NCBI GenBank assembly: GCA_951406725.2
Contig: OX597820.1
Coordinates: 4,402,001 to 4,466,000, forward strand
Direction: 5' to 3'
Length of the DNA: 64,000 nucleotides
Source: Octopus vulgaris
Taxonomy: Eukaryota
Positions within the stretch are counted from its first letter, which is position 1, and each line of letters starts with the position of its first letter. This document shows, in pieces, positions 25,637 through 38,182 of the stretch. Made by a program: the position numbers and the translations under genes. The notes beneath the pieces were generated by a model. It was not told the origin of the DNA. It did not search any database and saw nothing but the letters and a program-made list of their open reading frames with translations.

Positions 25637-28600
25637 ACACATGCACACACACACACACACGCACGCACACACACACACATGCAGAGACAAATACACTTAG
25701 ATACACATTAGCACACGCAGACAGATACACACATACATATTTTCTCTCAGCCACTCGTCTCTCTCTCCCCCTCACTCACTCTCTCTCTCTCTCTCTCTCT
25801 CACTTTCACTCTTCCGCATTGCTTTCCCCCTCCCCTTCTCCATATCTGACATTTCATTTCTCCTCCCACTCTCCTTACCCTCACTCACACTCACTTTCCT
25901 CATCCTCACCCTTCGCTTTTTACATTCCCACTTAACCCTCCTAGCCTTCACTCAATCACTCTCACTCATTAAACAAAGTACAAGTATTCTTTAATCAACC
26001 GCATAAACATAAACAAGACTTCTTTACCAACGGATTAACAAACTGGTGGAATACCTGGGTACTGCCCTCTGCTGTCGGGGTGTCATTTGTGAATTTGATG
26101 TGGGTGGAAAATGAAAATATCTTTCTAGGGCTGCATGTAAAAAAATGATTAAAAACACTCACAAACAATAAACAGAAACGAGCGTGGTCGATGCCAGTAC
26201 CACCTGACTGGTCCCTGTGCTGGTGGCACATAAAAGCACCCAGTACACTCACGGAGTGGTTGGCATTAGGAAGGGCATCCAGCTGTAGAAACATTGCCAG
26301 ATAAGATTGGAGCCTGGTGCAGCCTCCTGGCTCACCAGTCCTCAGTCAAACCGTCCAACCCATGCCAGCATGGAAAGTGGATGTTAAACGATTATGATGA
26401 TGATGATGATAATGATTTATTTACTGAGTACAGTTTTTTTTGTGTTGGTTTTGGATGAAAAATAACAACAGCAATTACACACCAGGAAAGACACACTACT
26501 GGGGTCTAAGATGATCTAACTAGCAAACAGCAATCTGTAGCTGGTCCAGCACAACTGGAAAATAATCACACTATAGTCATGACGACAAAAACCTGTCTTC
26601 TAACCGTCATGAGAGTGGAGATGTCAAGCAGCTGCCTCTGGAAGCAGCTTTCTTCCATTCTGGAGTTGCTGCCACAAAGCACATCTTTATATAAGAAAGT
26701 TCCAGAAAGTTGAGTAATGTGATGGCTTGACACTGACTGGTCAGTTAATTGGCCGATCATGTGAAACAACAGTGATTTAGCTGTGATGTTTACTCGGCTA
26801 TCTAGTAATTTGGTTTCACATCTGCTACACCTCCATGCTGTACATTGCAGATTCTGTAAGGTACCACACCTACCAAACTACAACCCATCATTTCTGGCTC
26901 CTTACCAAAAAAAAAAAGATCTCCACTAACATTGTGAGAATTCTCCTTTCTTCCTCCAAACATGATGATGATTTTGGAAGCAATTCTCACACAGATATTC
27001 TTTATCTTCGTTATCCACTTCACATTTAATGTTGCAATGCAAATCCTTGAAATCTTTCTCTTTTCATCCCAAATGCATTTCCCAACTAAGTCACTGCCCT
27101 TACAACGTTCCTTTGATTATCCTCAAATCATGCATTTCACAATAGGTACCTTTTTTTCCAAACTCTTCAATCCCGTTCTCTTTGCAGGAATATATCCCAT
27201 TCTTTGGAAATTGATGCAGGCATGGCTGTGTGGTAAGAAGTTTGCTTTCCAGGTTCAGTCCCATTGCATGGCACCTTGGACAAGTGCCCTCTAGTATAGC
27301 CTTGAGCCAACAAAGACTTGTGAGTGGATTCGGTACATGGAAACTGAAAGAAGCCCATTGTTTATATATATATATTTATGTGTGTGCATGTGTTTGTGTG
27401 TTTGTCCTCGCTTGCTGCTTGACAACTGGTGTTGGTGTGTTTACATCCCTGTAACTTAGTGGTTTGGCAAAAGAGACCAATAGAATAAGTACGAAGCTTA
27501 AAACGAAAATAAGGATTGGGTTCAATTCATTGGACAAAAATTCCTCAAGACGTTGCTCCAGCATGGCTGCAGTCTAATGATTGAAACAAGTAAAAGGTAA
27601 TGTGTGCCATTGCCACCACAAAAGGTGCCGCCATCCGATGTTGCCTTTTTATCAATCTGTTACACACACATCTCTCTTACAGCCCAAGGCTGATGCTGGT
27701 GGCTGTTATCAATGAGCTTCTGCAGCATCTTGACAATAACGACAACAACGACACCACCACCACCAACAACAACAAGTGACAATATCAATATTGCTACAAC
27801 CCCCACCACCACCACCACCACCACCACAATCTCTGCAGATTCCACCATCACCATAGCAACCACTTCTACCACCACCACCACCACCACCACCACCACCACC
27901 ACCACCACCACCACCAACAACAACACCACCAACAACAACAACAACATACATGACCCTCACCGCTACTACTACCACTACTACTACTACTACCATACTCTAA
28001 CCAGTACAGCCACTACCGTTTCACTAAGAAGCCAACAGGGGGCAGTCATGAAGTCGCTCAATCAAAGAGAACGGAAGACGTTATGAGACCTACCTCTGTT
28101 TGTGATGTTATTGCCTCCTCTCACCGACTGCCTGTTCCGTGCTGAAGGCTGAATGCTGGACAATGGCCTCTGTACCCTGGTAGAGAGAGACAACACATGG
28201 TATTGTTATTGCAGTAGTTGTTAGACTCAGAGTTGGTGCCACATAAGAAGCACCCAGTACACTCTGTAAAGTGGTTGGCGTTGGGAAGGGCATCCGGCCA
28301 TAGAAATCCTGCAAGAACAGACAAGAGTGCCTGGTGTGGGTCTTGGCCCTTACCAGCTCCATTTTGGCCAACCACTAAAATGGGCACCAGAACAGTAGTG
28401 AGGCCATTAAGTAACATGCAAGACAAGGCTCAGAAGAAAGGGAGAGACGATTGAAGGCACAAGAAAGGGGTCAATGGTGGAAAGTGGTATGGGAAAGGAT
28501 AATAATGAAAAGAAGAGATGGAGTTTAACAGGAAATGGTTCTTGGGAGAGGGGGAGGTAACTGGTAGCTCAAAAGAGAAGATGAAATATGTCCTGATTCA

Positions 28601-31600
28601 GCTCTCAAAAAGTTATATACTGAAAAACTTTTTCCAAAACTGAATAACTTTTCCCACCTACCATTTTACTGTAGCCAAATTAGGGAATCGTTCACTCTTC
28701 TCTGTGAAATGATATAAACAACTGAAGGTAATTGAACCTGAGGATTAACTAAACTGTTTTTGAATGTGTTATGAGTTATATAAGACATATAAAGTTTAAC
28801 TTTGAAACATATGTAGTCTTTATTTATTTTTTCCGTTCTTTACATTCTGATTTATATTCACAGACTTAGCAATTTTCGTTGCTAAACTGTAAGTTGTATG
28901 GTAGCTTATTGAAACCTTATTGAAATTTGCATTGACAAAGTATATAACAGAGGACAGTTATTAAACTTTCTTTATCACATACTATCTACTTTTTGTCATC
29001 TAGCCAAGCTGTGTACATGCTTGATGCTTACTAGCTTTCTGTACCAGGATCTTTTCAAATAGCACCACCCTGTAAAAATCATGCCAAAACTAACTTTGCT
29101 TGTGCTGGTGTCACGTAGAAAGCACTGAGCCCACTCCGCGGAGTGGCTGGTGTTCAGGAAGGGCATCCAGCTGTAAAGTCCCTGCCAAAACAAACACAGT
29201 AGCCTAGGGTAGTTTTCCTACATGGTCAGCTCCTGTGAACCGTCCTACCCGTGCATGCATGGAAGATGGATGTTAGACAATGATGATGATAATGATGATG
29301 ATACATATGAACTGCTTCACCTTCCCAATCTTTTCCAGGCTACTTTACTCAGTCTGTCCCCTTTTTTCCCCTACAGCTACAAAATATCCTTTACTCCCCT
29401 CCCAACTTGTGCACCGTCTCCTCCACATCTCTCTGCTTCCCAGACTCACTACATAAACACTTCACCTGAGCTACACTGCATCCCTCAGCAAACCTTTGCA
29501 CCTTATTTTTTCACAACAGACCTGCAGACATCTTATTGACAGGCATTCAAAAACAAAACATCCACAGCATCACTCTCACTAAGCTGGGTGTGGGGCATGC
29601 ATGCTGTCCCCTAGAACTCCCTGCCAGTGAAACCTAAATACCAGTTCACCAATATTCTTTTCTACTCTAGGCACAAGGCCCGAAATTTTGGGGGAAGGGG
29701 ACAGTCAATTAGATCAATCCCCTGTACGCAGCTGGTACTTAATTTATCGACTTCTAAAGGATGAAAGGCAAAGTCGACCTCGGTGGAATTTGAACTCAGA
29801 ATGTAAAGACAAACGAAGCCAGTTCACCAATATTGCAGTATTGCTAGTGATGATGATGACGATGACAATGATGAAGATGATGATGATGAAATAATGATGA
29901 TGATGATGATGACAGAATTTAACAATCCATAAACCGAACGAAAAGTCTACGAACCTGGTTGATGGGATTTTGCCCCAGTCAGTATAAAGGTAGAGAACAT
30001 GATTAATAATTCGAGGTTGTGTGATAATCTGGTTTATGGTTGGTCGTTTGCTAGGATCTCGGTGAAGCATGCTTAGAATGAGTGATCGCAATTCTTCACT
30101 GTAAATATCAGGAATTGGTTCAAAGGTCCCTCCAACAATTTTGATGATCAAAGCTGGAAGATTCTGGGAGAGAGGGTAAATAGGTAGATAGACAGATTGA
30201 TGAATAGGCAAATAAGCAGATAGATAAATACAGAGGCAGATAAATAGGCAGAGAGACAAACAGACAGACAGAGAAATAGACAGAGAGATAAACAGACAGA
30301 CAGAGAGACAAGTAGATGAATAAATAGGCAGACAATTTGGCCAATAAATAATTAGATAGATACACATATAAAATAAGCAAACAGATAGTGAGGTACATAA
30401 GTGGATAGATAGAGAGATGGATAGGCAAATTGAAAAAAGAAAATAGAGAGAAAATAGGCGTAGGAGTGGCTGTGTGGTAAGTAGCTTGCTTACCAACCAC
30501 ATGGTTCCGGGTTCAGTCTCACTGCGTGGCACCTTGGGCAAGTGTCTTCTGCTATAGCCTCGGGCCGACCAATGCCTTGTGAGTGGATTTGGTAGACGGA
30601 AACTGAAAGAAGCCTGTCGTATATATGTATATATATATAAGTGTGTGTGCGTGTGTTTGTGTTTGTCCCCCTAGCATCGCTTGACAACCGATGCTGGTGT
30701 GTTTACGTCCCCGTCACTTAGCGGTTCGGCAAAAGAGACCAATAGAATAAGTACTGGTCTTACAAAGAATAAGTCCCGGAGTCGAGTTGCTCGACTAAAG
30801 GCGGTGCTCCAGCATGGCCGTAGTCAAATGACTGAAACAAGTAAAAGAGTAAAGAGTAAAGAGAGAGATAAATAGACAGATAGGCAAATAGATAGATAGA
30901 TAAATAGACACAGATAGACAGTAGATCAATAGATAGACAGCTGATGAGTTTGAATAAGGTTGGATGCTGCGAAGAGGAGGGGAAGCTAACATTTCAGGGA
31001 TGTTCTTCGTCTGAAAGGAGAACATTTTATCCAACAAATAAACCATTCCAGCCAAGGAATATCAGCGTAAAGCAGAAGACATTTTATGTTGTTTCTGAAT
31101 TCTTCGATGCCAAAGATTGTGCCAGTCGCGTATTTTCCTCTCTTTGTTGTCGCAAACTGGAGATTAAAGTGTCCGAAACCATTGGATAATGGATTCATCA
31201 TCAACAGCATCATTTAACATCCCAAAAGTTCTTCGATTGAAAGTCGATGCTTTAACAGGATGCTTGCACCTGGCAAATTTCGATTTTGATTTTAGTTCTG
31301 TAGCTGAGTTGTCGAATGCAGGTGCCAGAACTGGCACACCTGGTCGTGACCCTTGGTGCTCTGTGCGACGATCGATGCAGTGTGAGTTTCTGGAACAATC
31401 TATAGTCATGACCAGTCTTTTGATGGGTCAGTATAATCATCAGCGCGAACCACGTCAATTGATGGTTGCAGTATTTCTCTGACTGACCTGGTTGGCCCTG
31501 GCCACTGATCTGTTTTGGATTTCTCTGCCCAGCATCCTGTGCACCTTACCGGTGACTAGGTTGACAGTTCTTCCAACAATGATGCTACATGTATGACACA

Positions 31601-34600
31601 AACAATCATTTACAACTATCCCTCACAAGACTCGGGCTATAGTAGAAGACATTTGCGCCCAAGGTGCCATGCAGTAGGACTGAACCTGAAACCATGTGGT
31701 TGGGAAGTGAATTTGTTTTAACAGAAATGAACAAATGGGAAAGGTTTGGATTTCACAAGGAACCAGTCTTGGAGAAGAGGAATTGTAAAGAAAAACCGTT
31801 AATAGAGAGTAGAGGTTAGTCATTGGTAGAGGTATGTGGCTTGGTGGTTAGGGCACTTGGTTCATGATTGCTAGGTGGTGAGTTCAATTCCTGGCAGCAT
31901 GTTGGGTCCTTTAGCAAGACACTTCATTTCACGTTACTCCAGTCCACTCAGCTGGCAAAAATGAGTGGTACCTGTATTTCAAAGGGCCATCCTTGTTACA
32001 CTCTGTGTCATGCTGAATCTCTCTGAGAACTACATTAAGGGTACACGTGTCTGTGGAGTGCTCAGCCACTTGCACGTTAATTTTACAAGCAGGCTGTTCC
32101 GTTGATTGGATCAAGAGGATCACTCATTGTAGTGGCCGATGGAGAGCCAGGCCATGGGGGTGGTCATTAGTCTTGTTCCATACACCATTTCTAGAGCTAG
32201 GAGAACAAGAACACACCCAGTGGACATTCAGGCAGAAAATAATGTGGGGAGGAACAGGATGTAAAGAACAACGATGGCTACTCTCGTCTGGTATTGGGTG
32301 AGGATGCAGTCTGAGACTCATCTAACTCATGATAGCATGGAAAAATGGATGTAAAATAGTGATGGTGATAAATGATAATGGCAATGATGATGCTGATGAT
32401 GGTGATGGTAATGATGTGATGACGTGATTATGATGATAATGATGATGGTGATGGTGAGTAACAATCACCATTTCCTCAAAACAATATCTGACCCAGAAAT
32501 ACAGGAATCCATCCCTACTCTCAACACAAAACTTATTTAACAAATTCCATTTCAATTTGTACCTGGCACAATTCGTAAAAAGCACCATCCATTCGTGGCC
32601 GTTGCCAGCCTCACCTGGCCCCCGTGCCGGTGACACGTAAAAAGCACCATCCGTTCGTGGCCGTTGCCAGCTTCGACTGGCCCCCGTGCCGGTGACACGT
32701 AAAAAGCACCATCCGTTCGTGGCCGTTGCCAGCTTCGCCTGGCCCCCATGCCGGTGACACATAAAAAGCACCATCCTATCGTGGCCGTTTGCCAGACTCA
32801 TCTGGTACCTGTGCCGGTGGCACGTAAAAAGCACCCACTACACTCATGGAGTGGTTGGCGTTAGGAAGGGCATCCAGCCGTAGAAACATTGCCAGATCAA
32901 ACTGGGCCTGGTGCAGCCTTCCGGCTTCCCAGACCCCAGTTGAACCGTCCAACCCATGCTAGTATGGAAAGCTAAACGATGATGATGATGATGATGATGA
33001 TGAATCTCCTCGGCCTTTTGGCTAAGATCAAAGTGTAGTATCTGTTCTCATCAGCTTAATATCTGATACGGTCCCTATTTTGGGCCATTGATACTAAACT
33101 GATTTTTAGAACGGGGCGAAGTGTTAGGGGTTTGCTCTGCCTTTGCCACAGGTCAGCCTGGTATTGCAGTGCTTCCAGAATTCAGCCCATTTCTAACGGC
33201 GGTGCACCAGCATGGCCACAGCACTGAGCTGAAACTAGAGAAAAAAAAAAATCTATTGTTATTCTATATAAATGGTCAGGTGAGTGAATCCTAACAAGAT
33301 GTTGAATAACAAACCAAAGTATCCGGTTCAATCCTCAGCCACTGCTGAAGTGCTTGTGGGGCTAATTGACTCTATGTATACCTTTTTTTAACCAATTTGT
33401 AATGTTTATTTTGTTATAAATGTAAAAGTAAACAACGTGGAAAGAAACTGGGATTAAAGGAGAGGATTAAGAGATGAATATTAAATGGTCAAGATTAAGA
33501 GGTGAAGGTTAAAAGATGAAGGTTGAAAGGTGAAAGGTCAAGAGATGACAGTCGAAAAGAGGTGAAAATCAATTGGTGCTGACAACCACGGTATTTTCTA
33601 ATTGTTGAGGTTAACTAAAAAATTGTTACTTACCGATGCCTCGAAGGCTCGTTTCAGAGTAACCATTTCGTAAAGAACACAACCAAGAGCCCAGATGTCG
33701 CTTTTTTGGTTATATCTTTGTAAATGGTTAAGGAATAACAGAATAGGAAACACGTTTCTGGGTCAGGAACTTTAGGCCCAGTAAATGCAATAACAACATG
33801 ACCCCTAACCTTTTTGTAATTCTAGCAGTTATTAGTGGCTGTGTGGTAAGTAGCTTGTTTACCAACCACATGGTTCTGGGTTCAGTCCCACTGCGTGGCA
33901 CCTTGGGCAAGTGTCTTCTACTATAGCCTCGGGCCGACCAAAGCCTTGTGAGTGGATTTGATAGACGGAAACTGAAAGAAGCCCGTCGTATATATGTATA
34001 TATATATGTGTGTGTGTGTGTTAGTGTGTCTGTGTTTGTCCCCCTAGCATTGCTTGACAACCGATGCTGGTGTGTTTATGTCTCTGTTACTTAGCGGTTC
34101 GGCAAAAAGAGACCGATAGAATAAGTACTGAGCTTACAAAGAATAAGTCCCGGGGTCGAGTTGCTCGATTAAAGGCGGTGCTCCAGCATGGCTGCAGTCA
34201 AATGACTGAAACAAGTAAAAGAGAAAGAGAAATTAGTAATTAAGGTGGCATTCTGGCAGAGTCGTTAGCATGTCAGGTTAAATGCTTAGCAGTAATTCGT
34301 TTGTCTTTATGTTCTGCGTCCAAATTCCGCCAAGGGTGACTTTGTCTTTCACCCTTTTGGGGGGGGTCAATAAAATAAGTACCAATTGCATCCATGTAAC
34401 TGACTTAGCCCCCTCCCCCGAATTGCTGGCCTTGTGCAAAAATTTGAAACCATTCTCAATGATGTACCTGGTCCATGCACAGCAGTCAGTAGAACCATGG
34501 AGAAGTAGTTTGTTGATGTCCCTGGTCCACAGAGCAGTCAACAGTATCATGGGGAGGTACAGTTCACAATTGTATTTAGTGTCTTGTTAAACTGCACACC

Positions 34601-37405
34601 ACAAGGTCCAGTCTTTGTTGTGAAGTGGTGGTTTGTATGCCTCAATGATCCTGAGAGCTATACAAAGGGAGCACAAGGACCTGGTAGGTCCTCCCATATT
34701 GGACAGGTCAAAGGATAGTGGCCAGACTAATATGGACTGACCCTTCTCAGAAGTAAAAATGGGACAGCACAGAGTTAAGGACTCTACCTGGAAAAGAAAA
34801 GTTGAATTACAAAAGCATTGATGACAATTGAAAACTAAACAAGACCCAGGAGGGGAAGACCTTCCCCCAGGGAAAGACCCCACAAAAGGAAGTGGCTGAG
34901 AGGATGCCCTAAAAACAGGTGAAGGTGGGATATTGAGGGAGAGTGGAAAAAGCAAAGATCCAACAGGAGAGAAGCAGAAAAGACAATCCAGAGTTGACAC
35001 CAGTTGTTGATGTCCTGCGCACCACAGGGAACGAAGGACTTAAGTGATTCAATAAGTTGTTAAATTGCAGAGCTGGGTTAAACCTTGTCAAGAGATCATC
35101 ATCATCATCGTCGTCGTCGTTTAACGTCCGCTTTCCATGCTAGCATGGGTTGGACGGTTCAACTGGGGTCCGGGAAGCTAGAAGGCTGCACCAGGCCAGT
35201 CAGATCTGGCAGTGTTTCTACAGCTGGATGCCCTTCCTAACGCCAACCACTCCGTGAGTGTAGAGGGAGCTTTTTATCTGCCACCGACACAGGTGCCAGA
35301 CGAGGCTGGCGAACGGCCACGCTCGGATGGTGTTTTTTATGTGCCACCAACACAGGTGCCAGATGAAGCTGGCGAACGGCCACGCTCGGATGGTGTTTTT
35401 ATGTGCCACCGACACAGGTGCCAGACGAGGCTGGCGAACAGCCACGCTCGGATGGTGTTTTTTTTTTTGAAATCATCATCATCATCATTTGTTGTCCATG
35501 CTGGTATGGGTTGGACGGTTTGACCAGAGCTGGCCAGCTGGAAGGCTGCACCAGATTCCAGTCTGATTTGGCATGGTTTTACTACAGCTGGATGCCTTTC
35601 CTAATGCCAACCACTTCAAGACTGTAATGGGTGCCATTTACATGACACTGGTATCTGCCAAGACCGCAACTTTACCTGGCTTGATGGGTCTTCTTCTCAA
35701 GCATGGCATAATGCCAAAGGTCTTGGTCATTGCTTCTGTGACGCCCAATATTGAAAAGGAGCTTTTCACGTGCCACCAGCATCGGTTGCTTTGCCTCCAT
35801 GAGGCCCAACGCTTGAGATGTGCTTTTTACATACCAGTTTCATGACACCAGCATCAGCCACGACTATGATTTCACTTGGTTTGGGAGGTCTTCTCAAGGA
35901 CAGCACATCACTAGAAATCTGGGATAAATACTTATTGACTGAGATAATCTGATGGAGATTAGGGACAAACTAATCTGGTAGAAAACAGAAAGAATATTGG
36001 TTTCAAATTTTGGTGGAGGGGCAAATCATTACATTGAACCCCAGTATATTACAGGTGTGGAGGCGCAATGGCCCAGCGGTTAGGGCAGCAGACTCGCGGT
36101 CGTAGGATCGCGGTTTCGATTCCCAGACCGGGCGTTGTGAGTGTTTATTGAGCGAAAACACCTAAAAGCTCCACGAAGCTCCGGCAGGGGGTGGTGATCC
36201 CTGCTGTACTCTTTCACCACTCATTCTCCCACTCTTTCTTCTGTTGGCCTGCTCGCTTAGCCAGCGGGGTGGCGTCATTCGAAGGCTAAAACAATGCGAA
36301 CGCATTATGACCAGCGATGTGTAACTACATCTGATGGACTGGTCGGTCACGTGATCACGTGATATTACAGGTACTTATTTTTATCAAGTTTGAAAGGGTG
36401 AAAATCAAAGCTGACCTCGATGGAATTTGAACTCAGAACGTAAGGACGGATGAAATGATGCTAAGCCTTTTACCCAGCATGACAACAATTCTGGCAGCAC
36501 TCTGCCTTGGAAACAAAGAATATTATACAAGCAAAACTCACCAAAATTGTGTGTTAGTGAACGGCAACGGAAGTGGAATGTTTTGTGATATTTGAAACAA
36601 AGGATACGGCATTCCAGAACAGAGTTCAGGAGACAGGTAACATGGGGTGCCAACAACCTGGAAGAGAGAAGTTTTGGTAAAAGGTGACGTGTCTCACAAT
36701 GTGTGTGTGTGTGTGCGCTTGTGAATTTGTTTTTAACATATTGGATATCAATAAACCACTGTTAATCATTCAGAGACACCATCAGCATGGAATAATAATA
36801 GTGAAGTTTGTGTTAACATATGTAATGTAACGATTCTAGTTGGAAATAATTATGTGGTGAAGAAAAGACAATATCAGTCTACTGATTGATGTTATTTTAA
36901 TTATTTCAGCAAATATAGAAATAGATGCAGACATGTTTTAATAAGGCATAGGTGTCGCTCTAGTTGCTAATGTAATAATGAGAGCTTCACTAATGAGAGA
37001 GGAACAATGTTATATGAGAGAAAGTGTGAAAAATTGGAATGCTTAGAATAAAGTAAAAGATGCACTTCACTTATGAGGTTTAATACAGCTGAAACATGTC
37101 TCAGTTGTTTCCCTTCCTTACCAAACTACCATAAGCCATTCAGATAATGATGTTGTCTTTTCTCTAACACATCATCATCATCATTTTAATGTCCACTTTT
37201 CCATGCTTGTATAGGTCAGAGGGAGATTCATTCTATGACCACATGCCCTTCTGCTTCCCGTTGCCAACCCTCACCTCTTTCAGAGTAAGGTCATATTTCC
37301 CCGTGGCTAGGAATATTTTCACGGACGATTGGAAACGAAGGCCACAGCCTGTATGACAGGGACGCTCATTTACAACAATTACATGAGGCCAAGACAAGGA
37401 GATAT

Positions 37406-37443
<38 letters not shown>

Positions 37444-38151
37444 GCACAGGCGTGGCTGTGTGGTAAGAAGTTTGCTTCCCAGCCACAAGGTTCTGAGTTC
37501 AGTCTCACCCCATGGCATCTTGGGCAAGTGTCTTCTACAACAGCCTCAGCTTGACCAAAGCGTTGTGAGTGGATTTGGTAGATGGAAACTGAAAGAAGCC
37601 CGTCGTATATGTATATGTGTGTGTGTGTGTCCTTGTGTCTGTAATTGTTTCTCACCACAGCTTGACAACCGGTGTTGGTTTTTTTACATCCCTGCAACTT
37701 AGCAGCTCATCAAAAGAGACCAATTAAATAAGTGGCAGGCTTAAAAACAATAAAGAGCACTGGGATTGATTCGTTTGACTAAAATTCCCCCAGGGCACTG
37801 CCCCAGCATGGCCACAGTCAAATGACGGAAACAAGCAAAAGATAAAAAGATATAATTGAATGAAACCTCTCTCACTCTCTCTGTCTGTTTTCACCCCCAC
37901 CTTTGCTATTCCTCCCTTCCCCCCCCACCCAAGCAAAGCAAAAAACATTCATATAAGAACAAGTAAAAAAACAAAAATGTCACATAGGCGTAGGAGTGGC
38001 TGTGTGGTAAGTAGCTTGCTAACCAACCACATGGTTCCGGGTTCAGTCCCACTGCGTGGCATCTTGGGCAAGTGTCTTCTGCTATAGCCCCGGGCCGACC
38101 AATGCCTTGTGAGTGGATTTGGTAGACGGAAACTGAAAGAAGCCTGTCGTA

Positions 38152-38182
<31 letters not shown>

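Noticed and set aside
29744-30541. 265-aa ORF as a stand-alone gene
   Set aside because: It is SINE and microsatellite sequence read in frame with NEK8 exon 7; only 29955-30163 is coding.
30960-31600. Nested gene in NEK8 intron 6
   Set aside because: Short overlapping ORFs with no recognisable domain or splice pattern; probably an unclassified decayed element.
33004-33192. Functional U2 snRNA gene
   Set aside because: The 5' end is altered, the upstream flank is a retroelement tail with no promoter, the Sm site and stems carry substitutions, and a retro-tail with poly(A) follows.
34590-34800. HDV-like ribozyme in an RTE 5' UTR-like remnant
   Set aside because: The region resembles RTE 5' ends, but I could not build the nested double pseudoknot by eye.
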